A stretch of 64,000 nucleotides of DNA. It comes from a virus. Lineage: Duplodnaviria > Caudoviricetes. This document shows positions 48,408 to 57,703 of the stretch, piece after piece. Location of the stretch: the IMG/VR virus record IMGVR_UViG_3300043394_000609. One strand, given 5' to 3'. The first letter of the stretch is position 1. Each line of letters begins with the position of its first letter. The notes below the pieces were generated by a model. That model was not told the origin of the DNA. It did no database searches and was given only the letters and a program-made list of their open reading frames with translations. Both the position numbers and the translations under genes were made by a program.

Positions 48408-49190
48408 TTAATTAGATAATTCGTAAAAATTAATTGGTGAACTATATGACCCCTTTCTATTTATTCCTTTGGATGTTGAGTCATATTGATATACTTTATA
48501 TGTGTAATTTGTTTGATTAAAAACAACTTGATAGTATAATTCATCTGAAGGTAAATCGCTATTTGTTATTGTCTTACTAGTATTATTTAAAAATCGATTA
48601 ACAGATCCATCTTCAGAATTAAAAAATCTGGCCGTCATATAAAATGTCGTACCGGTATAAATTGACGTGTCAGGAAACCAAAACATATACATATTTTCAC
48701 TATTCTTATAGTTATTACCATTAAAAACCGGAACAAAAATATCTTCTACAAGTTCTTTAAATAACACTTTTTGACCCAATGGTAACGGTAATGTTTTTGC
48801 CATAACTAATTTTTGTGTCTCTCTATCTGGTGTAGAATAAAATTCTAATCTGAAAAAACTATTAACAGTATGCTTTAACATTTTTGCATTTTCTTTTGGA
48901 CTAATTCCAACTAAATTATAATCTAAACCTTTATCATAATCGTTCGTTGAGTCCAAAAAATAAAAATAAAACCAGATATCTGATTGTCTAGAAGAAACAC
49001 TATTGATGGTTACGTTATATGGTTCATGAACATATCTAACAGTTTCATAGTTTTCAATTGGATTAATTAAAACATCTAAAAATTGTTCTTCAATTTCTTC
49101 AAAATTTTCTTCCCACCCAGCATTAGTTTGGAAATCCGTATTTAAATTATAAACGTAATTTAAATCAATACCTTCAAAAAGTTTTTTCAT
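48408..49190 (-). CDS. Putative baseplate structural protein
   Basis: Operon position; ATG at 49190 directly follows the upstream stop. Confidence 0.55.
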   Translation of the reverse strand: MKKLFEGIDLNYVYNLNTDFQTNAGWEENFEEIEEQFLDVLINPIENYETVRYVHEPYNVTINSVSSRQSDIWFYFYFLDSTNDYDKGLDYNLVGISPKENAKMLKHTVNSFFRLEFYSTPDRETQKLVMAKTLPLPLGQKVLFKELVEDIFVPVFNGNNYKNSENMYMFWFPDTSIYTGTTFYMTARFFNSEDGSVNRFLNNTSKTITNSDLPSDELYYQVVFNQTNYTYKVYQYDSTSKGINRKGSYSSPINFYELSN

Positions 49191-49191
49191 A

Positions 49192-50922
49192 TTAACAATC
49201 AGTTGGGCCAAACCCTTTTATTCCATCTGTTTTATTTGTGTAGTAAGCCTCATTTCTCAAGTAAAAATTAAGATCTGATTTTATATAATGTTGACCATTT
49301 ATAAACGGATAATCCGTTCCATTTCCATCAACATCAATGTAACCATGATCATAAACATCTCGCCATTTCCATAACCCGTCTTTTGGGAAAAATTTAGCAT
49401 TGTCTGGTAAGTCCAATATATTATTGGTATTGTAAGTTTCAACATAAGGTGATAATTCTCTTAATTTTAATCTATAATGTGGTTGATAATATAAACCAAC
49501 TTTATTTCCTGAAGATGCATTAGTGTAATATTGACCATCGTCTTGATTATGGTCAAATATTGTTGTTGGCATAGTAAATTTATGGAACGATTCTGAAATG
49601 ACCCTTTCTTTAAGTTCGGATTCATTGTATTCAATAAAAGCACCTGTTAATATATCACCAACAGATAATGTATTACCAGTATAAAATGTCGTCCCAGATC
49701 TTGTATATTGTGATTTTGTTAATGATGATTCATGAGATGTTGTGCCACTAAAATGCATATCAATCCAAGTATCATGAAAATTAAATTTAAACCCCACTTT
49801 TGGTGGGTAATCAAAATACCCTGACCCGTTTCTGAAAATTGCCGAAACATATACTTCACTAGGAGTGTACCCTAAATTATTTGTTAATCCGGTCAAGACA
49901 AACGTATCTTTAAAATCAAATAGAACAGATTCCATTCTATTTCTTTCAACTAAAAAATCATTAACGCCAGCGCTATTTTCAAATAACAATTTCTTTTCAT
50001 CTTCAAATATCGGTGTTTCAAACCCAGCTTTATCAATAACACAGTCATCTGGTGTTGTCAATACCTTATGTTTATGCACATAGTATTTTGATGTAGTATC
50101 ATTAACATTGTCTTTATCAATACATCTTTTGATTGTTATAATTGTTGGTAATGCAGACCCAGAAAATTGTTGTTTATTTAAATTGATCACATATTTTGAC
50201 GAATTGAACACTTCATCACCTAAACTAGAAATTGAACAGACTTTGTCGCCAATTATAACAAACTCATTTTCTGAAATACCATGAGGAACTGGACAAATTA
50301 ATTTATAGTAACCAACTTTATCTTCTACTCGGCAAGGTATACCATTCCCACTAACATTAGCAATAACCGTTTGTGTTCCACCAGTTAAAGTATATGTTAT
50401 TGGATAATTTTCATCATGTGAATACACATAACTTAAATATAAATTCCAATTATGTGACGATGCATCCATCATAGATATTTCTTGATGTTTATTTGGTATT
50501 TGAGACGGTAATGAAAATGTTGGTGAGTATGTACCATTATTCACATCAGTAATTACCGGTACACTAGCCACTGCACGATAAACATCTTTTCTTATAAAAG
50601 CAAATTCATCATATGGTAAATAACCACTAAAATTACGATCTGAACCATTACCCAATAGATATAGATATTCTTGTAGATTTGCATAATTGTCAGCATCCCC
50701 CAAATATAAATTTCTAAATATCATTTTTAGTTTACCATATATTTTATAATTTTTACTTTCGTTTCTTTCTTTATAAAATAAACGTTCTAAATCTAAAATA
50801 ATAGTTTTGTCACCTTCACGTAAAAGTTCTTCATTTGTCTGAATACCAATCGACGTTACCAGATCTTCGGCAGGAGACTGATAATAACGTTTTTCTGGTA
50901 ATAATATTTCTTTTTTTTGCAT
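49192..50922 (-). CDS. Putative baseplate structural protein
   Basis: 576-aa aromatic/beta-rich ORF in the baseplate operon. Confidence 0.55.
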   Translation of the reverse strand: MQKKEILLPEKRYYQSPAEDLVTSIGIQTNEELLREGDKTIILDLERLFYKERNESKNYKIYGKLKMIFRNLYLGDADNYANLQEYLYLLGNGSDRNFSGYLPYDEFAFIRKDVYRAVASVPVITDVNNGTYSPTFSLPSQIPNKHQEISMMDASSHNWNLYLSYVYSHDENYPITYTLTGGTQTVIANVSGNGIPCRVEDKVGYYKLICPVPHGISENEFVIIGDKVCSISSLGDEVFNSSKYVINLNKQQFSGSALPTIITIKRCIDKDNVNDTTSKYYVHKHKVLTTPDDCVIDKAGFETPIFEDEKKLLFENSAGVNDFLVERNRMESVLFDFKDTFVLTGLTNNLGYTPSEVYVSAIFRNGSGYFDYPPKVGFKFNFHDTWIDMHFSGTTSHESSLTKSQYTRSGTTFYTGNTLSVGDILTGAFIEYNESELKERVISESFHKFTMPTTIFDHNQDDGQYYTNASSGNKVGLYYQPHYRLKLRELSPYVETYNTNNILDLPDNAKFFPKDGLWKWRDVYDHGYIDVDGNGTDYPFINGQHYIKSDLNFYLRNEAYYTNKTDGIKGFGPTDC

Positions 50923-53900
50923 TATTCTCCTGATGTAAACGCACCTTTAGGTCCGTAATATTTTATGAATTTATCATATCCAGTACTACCAGGTCTTAAC
51001 CCAAAATAAAAATGGAAAGGTGTTGATAATACTTGTTTATTTCCTGAATAATTATTCACCGTTTTAAATATATAAACTTCTCGGTTACTACTACCAGCAT
51101 TACTAACGTAACTATACGATGTTGACCACGCCCCATTAACCAAAACGTAAATGTTACCAGTATATGGGTCTTTCCTAAATCCGCTAGGCCCATATGTTAA
51201 AACTTCTAACCATAAATCACCTTCTACGTACATAACCGGATCTGGAATTAAACCACCACTTAATGTAATGATCTCAAATCGTTCTAACATATCAGTATAG
51301 TTACCATCAAAGAAATACGTTTCATGGTCTTTAGTCATTGGTTTAATCAAATATTCTTCTTCACCATCAGCCATCAAATAATTTGTTGTTGTGTCAGTCG
51401 AACTACCAATTGAAACCATTCTTTGTAATTTTTGTGTTGCGATTTTTGTTCTGTCAAATTGTTGTTTATCAACATCACCAAAACCAGTATCTTTTTTATC
51501 CCACAAATACATTGGTACTGTTTGTGTATAGTCACCTAAACGGTTATTTAAACAAAGCCTAACCTCTCTACCATTTTGATCTAATTTAAAATCAATTGGC
51601 GTTGGTCCCCAATCAGAACCATTTTTAAAATAATCAGCATATGTTGGATCTTCAGGGTCCATAAATTCACCATTATAAATAAAATAATGTGTACTATCCA
51701 AATCAAAAGCTTCAATACCAGCTTCACAATTTATTGAAATTAACTGTCTAATATCACCATCCAATACTTTCATATTACTTCCCATACCAACACCAGTAAA
51801 GAAATCATCAACATCTATTTTAGCTTGACTTGCATCCATTCTAAAATTAATTGTATGTTCCAATACGTTACCTGGGTCTTGATATGATGAAACGGTAATA
51901 TCTCTAATAACAGAACAATTAGGATCAACCCTTGGATCAAAACAAATTTCATCAAAAAACTCATCCCTAACACCAACATCATATAAAGTAGTTGGGTGTA
52001 ATAATTCAACATAACCGTCATATGATTGTCCAATAAATTTTTGAGTTGTTGGATTGTATGGTGTACTTCTATAATAGAATTTTTGATCTAAAACATTATA
52101 AAAAACTAACTCTCTAGGAAACTTACTTGCACGCTGACTAATATCATATTCTTGTGAGTTATCCCATTTTATCCTAAAATCAAATTTAAAGAAATATAAT
52201 AACCCATGTAACCAGTTATCGGTATATGCGTAATTAAGTATACCACCACAAAACAAAATACCAACACGTTTTCTACGATACCACTCTTGAATTAAACCCG
52301 CATTTTTAGAACCGCCCTCAACAACAGGTATAATAACCATAACACCATCTCTTATTTCAGAATAACCCGATTTAGTTTTTCTATCATAATATGTGTTACC
52401 AAGTTTAGACCAAATTTTTAATCTAGGTAAACGGCCACCACCACTAGAACCAATAATATCAGCTAATATTGTATAACCTGGACCAGGTTTAGTTGCTGAT
52501 TCAACATAACCAGATGGGTATGTTGGTGGTGATAGTGGAATATAACGATCCCCGTATGTGCTTCCGGTAGACCAAAGATATGTTTGTGATAATGATTCAT
52601 TATATGCTTTATCATATTTAAAACAACCCTCTTCAACGTTATATGTTGAAGAAACACCATTCGGATCTATTTTTGGTTTGCTTCTATCATAAATCCTCAT
52701 AGTAAAATATGTACCTCTATCAGCAAAATTCCCAGTTCCATTATTGCCACCACTATAACCTTCGTAGTTGAAACCTGATATTTCAGCCCAACCACCATGA
52801 TCATAAGTTATACTATTAAGTGTTCTGTCTGCATATTCACCAACAACATTTACTAAATTTTGTATATATGTTATACCATAATTTCCTTCACCAGTCGCCC
52901 AAGAATCTAAACTACCTTGATCTATTGTTACCGTTGTAAATTTTGATATGTCAACTAAAATCGTGTTAGTACTAAAACTGACAGTAAAATCACTTATAGA
53001 AACTGATTTGGTTAATGTATCACCATTAGCAGTTGAATAAGGTAATATATTGTCATTTACCACACCAATAGACTCACCAATAAATCTTGAATTATTTGGG
53101 TCCCCTGTAATTGGCGTTATTGTTTGCGTGTGAAGACCATTTAAAATAGTTCTAGTTGCAGATTTAGTTGACCCCACTAATTCAAATGTGTTTTGACTCA
53201 TAAACGGATCAGTAGACACATAATCTCGAGCCCTACCGCCAGAAACAACAGTTGAACTGTTTTCTGCTGTATTTGTGTTAAATGAATATGGAATTAAATA
53301 AACTTTCTGATTACCAGCGCCAACACCAATAACTTTAAATGTTATTTCACCAACCGAACAATATGCACTGGATAACGATGCTCCTAATGTTGCGTACTCA
53401 TCATCTGTTGAACATTCTTCACAATCTGGATATGTTGTTAACGATAATGTTTGTGTTCCGTTAACTTGTAATTTATGTGCAATATCTTGAAATTGTTCAC
53501 CGATTTTAGCAAACGGTCTCCATTTAAATGGCCAACCAAAATAAATAGCGTACAACGCTTTACCAACTGTCATGAAGAAACCCCCAATTAATTCATAGAC
53601 AAAATTAAGAATGATTGCAATTATAAACTGCATAAATAAAATTACCTGTGAAATTAATAACGAAAATTTAATTCTATTTTTAAACCCAAAATTTGTTGGT
53701 ATGAAATTAGCAGTCCCCGAGCAATCATCTTCTGAATTAGGTCTAATCTCTTTTAACCCTAAAAACGCGTCTCTTCTTGATAGGCCAAAGAAACTTTCAG
53801 CTGCCGAAACTTCATAATGTGAACCTTGAAATGACGATGGGGTATAAACTTTACCATAAATGAATTTATAAAAATAATCTTCTGGAATATCATCATTGTT

Positions 53901-55268
53901 CGTTCCTAACATCAATTCCATTTTATGTGTTCTTTCTGCTGTGGTTAATGGTTCCACAGTAAAACCAGTTGGCAATGGGGTATTGTAATAATCTTCAAAC
54001 ACATTTGAAAAACAATATGATGAAATCATTGCTTCACTATATTCGCCACTAATACTACCATCTCCGCCATTACCACCACCACTATATTTGTTAAACTCTC
54101 TAATATTTGGAACTAAGTAATGTGCAGAATGTGTACCTTTAGTTGCTGTAATATCACCACTATTTAATGATAGTCTAAATCTTGCAACAGTTGTTGTTGC
54201 AATACCTTTATTAGGATCATTAGTTATTTCTTGTTCCCCAAACTCATTAGTATAGGTATAATCCATGTTCATTTGAATCACAGCCATCGCACTACCATCA
54301 TCCTCAATCATTCCCGGACTAAAATATTCTAACTCAGGAACTAATGTAACACCATCAGATGCATAAACTTTATTACCAGTATATCTAACTCCTTCAATTT
54401 TACCTTCGCTCGTTTCTAAATTACATTTATAACCAGTTTTTCTTCTAATAACACCACTTCGTTTAACAGCATCACCATTATTATCAGTTACCGAAGAAAC
54501 TAAAACTAAAGAAACCGGGTCAACTTTTATCCCGTAATTAGACAAATCAAAGTCACATCGGTTTATACCAATTTGACATAAATCCATATTACCCCAGAAT
54601 GGTGCAACTTCAATTGTTTTGTCAAATGAAACAATTTGTGGTAAACCGTCTAAATCACTATCACTTTTAAAATTATAAAAACGATCAAATATGTTTTCTG
54701 AACGACCTTGTCTGATGAAATCATATGGTCTAAGAGAAAAACAACCCATATCTGATAAATCCACATCAACGTGTAAAACTTGTTCTCCAAGTGGAACCCC
54801 CCAAATCATAAAATCACCAGCACTATTTGTTTTTACAGTATAGCGATAATACGTATCGAAGACTTCTAAACATTCTTCTCTACTTAAGATATCTTCTTGG
54901 TCAAAAAATGTTCCAGTTGGAACATGACCCCCATGTTGTTTTCTTGCGGGTAATAAATTATAACGATAACCATCAGTATTAGAATCTTCTGATGTTTGAA
55001 AAGGATATAAAGCTGATATAACCGGATCGGGGATGTCCTGATCCTTTATAGGTACGAAAATAGAAACCCTAGCGTTAGGTATACCAAAACCATTATTAAC
55101 GATTATACGGCCACAAACGACCCCATAATCAGCACACAATGATGTGTAGGCTTCTTGTTGGGTAAATTTAAGTGATAAAATCTCTAATAGGTCAAAATTT
55201 TGATTGATTTCAACCGAAATTGTTTTATCATTACCAATCTCTGTATTAATACGGTGTTTTTGAATCAT
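50922..55268 (-). CDS. Large baseplate-associated protein with central hydrophobic helices
   Basis: GVVCGRI..NNGFGIPNARVSIF prealbumin-like start; ~50-aa hydrophobic segment LLISQVILFMQFIIAIILNF... Confidence 0.6.
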   Translation of the reverse strand: MIQKHRINTEIGNDKTISVEINQNFDLLEILSLKFTQQEAYTSLCADYGVVCGRIIVNNGFGIPNARVSIFVPIKDQDIPDPVISALYPFQTSEDSNTDGYRYNLLPARKQHGGHVPTGTFFDQEDILSREECLEVFDTYYRYTVKTNSAGDFMIWGVPLGEQVLHVDVDLSDMGCFSLRPYDFIRQGRSENIFDRFYNFKSDSDLDGLPQIVSFDKTIEVAPFWGNMDLCQIGINRCDFDLSNYGIKVDPVSLVLVSSVTDNNGDAVKRSGVIRRKTGYKCNLETSEGKIEGVRYTGNKVYASDGVTLVPELEYFSPGMIEDDGSAMAVIQMNMDYTYTNEFGEQEITNDPNKGIATTTVARFRLSLNSGDITATKGTHSAHYLVPNIREFNKYSGGGNGGDGSISGEYSEAMISSYCFSNVFEDYYNTPLPTGFTVEPLTTAERTHKMELMLGTNNDDIPEDYFYKFIYGKVYTPSSFQGSHYEVSAAESFFGLSRRDAFLGLKEIRPNSEDDCSGTANFIPTNFGFKNRIKFSLLISQVILFMQFIIAIILNFVYELIGGFFMTVGKALYAIYFGWPFKWRPFAKIGEQFQDIAHKLQVNGTQTLSLTTYPDCEECSTDDEYATLGASLSSAYCSVGEITFKVIGVGAGNQKVYLIPYSFNTNTAENSSTVVSGGRARDYVSTDPFMSQNTFELVGSTKSATRTILNGLHTQTITPITGDPNNSRFIGESIGVVNDNILPYSTANGDTLTKSVSISDFTVSFSTNTILVDISKFTTVTIDQGSLDSWATGEGNYGITYIQNLVNVVGEYADRTLNSITYDHGGWAEISGFNYEGYSGGNNGTGNFADRGTYFTMRIYDRSKPKIDPNGVSSTYNVEEGCFKYDKAYNESLSQTYLWSTGSTYGDRYIPLSPPTYPSGYVESATKPGPGYTILADIIGSSGGGRLPRLKIWSKLGNTYYDRKTKSGYSEIRDGVMVIIPVVEGGSKNAGLIQEWYRRKRVGILFCGGILNYAYTDNWLHGLLYFFKFDFRIKWDNSQEYDISQRASKFPRELVFYNVLDQKFYYRSTPYNPTTQKFIGQSYDGYVELLHPTTLYDVGVRDEFFDEICFDPRVDPNCSVIRDITVSSYQDPGNVLEHTINFRMDASQAKIDVDDFFTGVGMGSNMKVLDGDIRQLISINCEAGIEAFDLDSTHYFIYNGEFMDPEDPTYADYFKNGSDWGPTPIDFKLDQNGREVRLCLNNRLGDYTQTVPMYLWDKKDTGFGDVDKQQFDRTKIATQKLQRMVSIGSSTDTTTNYLMADGEEEYLIKPMTKDHETYFFDGNYTDMLERFEIITLSGGLIPDPVMYVEGDLWLEVLTYGPSGFRKDPYTGNIYVLVNGAWSTSYSYVSNAGSSNREVYIFKTVNNYSGNKQVLSTPFHFYFGLRPGSTGYDKFIKYYGPKGAFTSGE

Positions 55269-55327
55269 ATTATCTATAAATAGAAACTCATTGGTTTTCT
55301 ATAATGAAAATATAACTAAAAATTAGT

Positions 55328-57160
55328 TTAATATGTAGTGGTTCCTAATGTTTTAACTCTGATTTTGATATCCTTATTAGGGAATCTAATCTGAAAAATT
55401 TGATTAGATTTCATATGGATTGTTAGATCTGATTGTTGTATTTCTTTGGTTACAGTATCTTTGTATGCTTGAGCCACTTCAGATAATGAATACTCACCAC
55501 CTAACTTATTATAAACCCTAACATCAATTGCATTAACAACACCAGCTACATTATTTATCTCTTTCATTAATTCACCAACAAATAATGGGTCACCCATTTT
55601 TCGTTTATCAATATTAAAATATGTGGTAGTCGATGAAATGATATCACGCAATACTTCAGTTTGATTTTGGTTTTTATCCAATAAAACGTCAATTTCTAAC
55701 CCTAAATCAATAACTTCACCACTAACAATATCTAAATAATCATTTATCATTCTATATTCTGATAGATAATTTAAGATATTATTTTTTAATGTGTTAGAAA
55801 CAATATCAGTAAGATTTCCATTTTCATCATAAGATAATAATTTAATTCTAACTTTGTTTTCTTCTTCCATCACATTTACTTTTGCCGGGGCACCATAAGT
55901 TGATGGCATTGTTTCGATCAAAGATTTGTAATCATTTAATGTTACGGCACGATTTTGTGATGCGAAATTATACGCGATCATACCTCTTAATTCTTCTGTT
56001 GTTGGTTGATCTGCCCCACCTACTGCTGGGGTTACATTTGTTATATTTAAAGATTTAGATACTTGATCATTTATTGTTGAATTTGGGCCTGTTATGTCAA
56101 ACTCAACATTTTCTATATTAGTTATTACATTAACCCCTAAATTACTTTCTTTACCACCACCAATTCGGTATTTAACAAACAAAGTTGTACTAGTCTTAGG
56201 TAGGGCACCTAAAGATAAATTATTAAGATATGTTCCTAAATTAACCTTTAATTTGTCAGTAATATAACTGTCTAAATTATCCATTGGATCAACACTACCT
56301 GATCCAAATGTTACTGAAAAATACCCTTCTGGGGTATATTCTGTGATGAATTTATTTGAAACTCTAATATGATCACCAGCAGTAAAGTTAGCTCTATCTG
56401 AAACTGATGTTGTATTAGGAATGAAAACCTTATCTTGAACTAACGATTTAACTTCGTACCATTTGTTTTCACTATTAGCAAATTCACTACTTGTTGGATT
56501 TCCAGCAAATGTTGTACCGTCTTTATGAATCATACTAGTAATCCCTAATATGTTCTTTTCTGGTAGATATAATTTTAAAAACGGTTTTTGATCTTGAGCG
56601 GTAATAACACGTCTGAATACTTTTGTTACACCATTAACTACAGGTTCTCTTTTTGTTATTGTATATGAAATTAATTTATTGTTCCCATCAAAATTTGGTA
56701 TTTTTAATCTGTTAGGTTCTCCCTTGTCATTGAATGGGTTTGAGAAATCAATATCAGTTATTGTTTCAAAAATTTGACCCCCACCAGAGATCTGTGCACC
56801 AGATCTTAAAATACCTTCATATCTATCATCATCTTTATCACCCTTAACCGGAACATTGATACTAAAGTCACATAATGCAACTGAAGGTCTAGCTCCCGGT
56901 ATTTTAATACCATAAGTTTTTGCAATATGAAATAATGATTGTCTTTGTTGAGCAAAGTCTAACATTGTTTCTTGCCAAACACGGTCAATATGAAAATGTA
57001 AGTTATCCGCAACCGCAGCATTTAAATCTAATAAAACTGAGTAGATTGATGCATCATTTGTGTTATTAATTAACTCTGGGTAATATTCCTTGGTTAATTG
57101 AACAAGGTCTTGTCTAATCCCAGCGAAATCCCTATTAGTGTATGATATTTTTTTAGCCAT
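55328..57160 (-). CDS. Baseplate wedge subunit (T4 gp6/baseplate J-like)
   Basis: YTNRDF..IR..L, VTFGSG, YRIGGG..SN, AVGGAD, SQNRAVTLNDY. Confidence 0.9.
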   Translation of the reverse strand: MAKKISYTNRDFAGIRQDLVQLTKEYYPELINNTNDASIYSVLLDLNAAVADNLHFHIDRVWQETMLDFAQQRQSLFHIAKTYGIKIPGARPSVALCDFSINVPVKGDKDDDRYEGILRSGAQISGGGQIFETITDIDFSNPFNDKGEPNRLKIPNFDGNNKLISYTITKREPVVNGVTKVFRRVITAQDQKPFLKLYLPEKNILGITSMIHKDGTTFAGNPTSSEFANSENKWYEVKSLVQDKVFIPNTTSVSDRANFTAGDHIRVSNKFITEYTPEGYFSVTFGSGSVDPMDNLDSYITDKLKVNLGTYLNNLSLGALPKTSTTLFVKYRIGGGKESNLGVNVITNIENVEFDITGPNSTINDQVSKSLNITNVTPAVGGADQPTTEELRGMIAYNFASQNRAVTLNDYKSLIETMPSTYGAPAKVNVMEEENKVRIKLLSYDENGNLTDIVSNTLKNNILNYLSEYRMINDYLDIVSGEVIDLGLEIDVLLDKNQNQTEVLRDIISSTTTYFNIDKRKMGDPLFVGELMKEINNVAGVVNAIDVRVYNKLGGEYSLSEVAQAYKDTVTKEIQQSDLTIHMKSNQIFQIRFPNKDIKIRVKTLGTTTY

Positions 57161-57162
57161 TT

Positions 57163-57615
57163 TTAAATGTTAATAATTACAAAATCGGAAGTTCCAAACG
57201 TTCCATTATTAGTTGTATAGTCGATTCTTATTTTTGCGGTGTATGGCTTAGAAGCTGCGCTCGAAACTCTAAAAAGCCTTGCATCATCTTCTTCACTAAC
57301 AATAGACTCTTGTTCAGGATCTAGTTCCGCATTAGTTATGTTTATTTTATTAATTTCTAGATTAGGTATGTATTTTCTAACCGATTCTCTAATTTCACCT
57401 TCAATGTGACCATATGTCACACTATCATTCATGTCGAAAATATATTCATATAATCTACTCCCGAAATCAGGTAAGAAATATCTACTACCTTTTCTCGTCA
57501 ATAATAAATGAACAAGATTCGCGCGAATCTCTTCATCCTTGGAAACTGTCATTTTAACAAAGTCACCAAGTCTGCTATTTCTAAAAGGGAAGTCTAAACC
57601 ATATTTTGTAGCCAT
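57163..57615 (-). CDS. Baseplate gp25-like sheath initiator
   Basis: LLLTRKGSRYFLPDFGSRLYEYIFD. Confidence 0.9.
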   Translation of the reverse strand: MATKYGLDFPFRNSRLGDFVKMTVSKDEEIRANLVHLLLTRKGSRYFLPDFGSRLYEYIFDMNDSVTYGHIEGEIRESVRKYIPNLEINKINITNAELDPEQESIVSEEDDARLFRVSSAASKPYTAKIRIDYTTNNGTFGTSDFVIINI

Positions 57616-57652
57616 AACAATAAATATAAAGAATACTAAAATGGTATTAAAT

Positions 57653-57680
57653 AAAAAAATCCCAACCGAAGCTGGGATTT
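57653..57680 (-). terminator. Intrinsic terminator with cUUCGg tetraloop after nrdA
   Basis: AAAUCCCAGC-UUCG-GUUGGGAUUU-UUUU. Confidence 0.9.
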
Positions 57681-57703
57681 GAGTATTATTGTGTCATGTT
57701 GTT

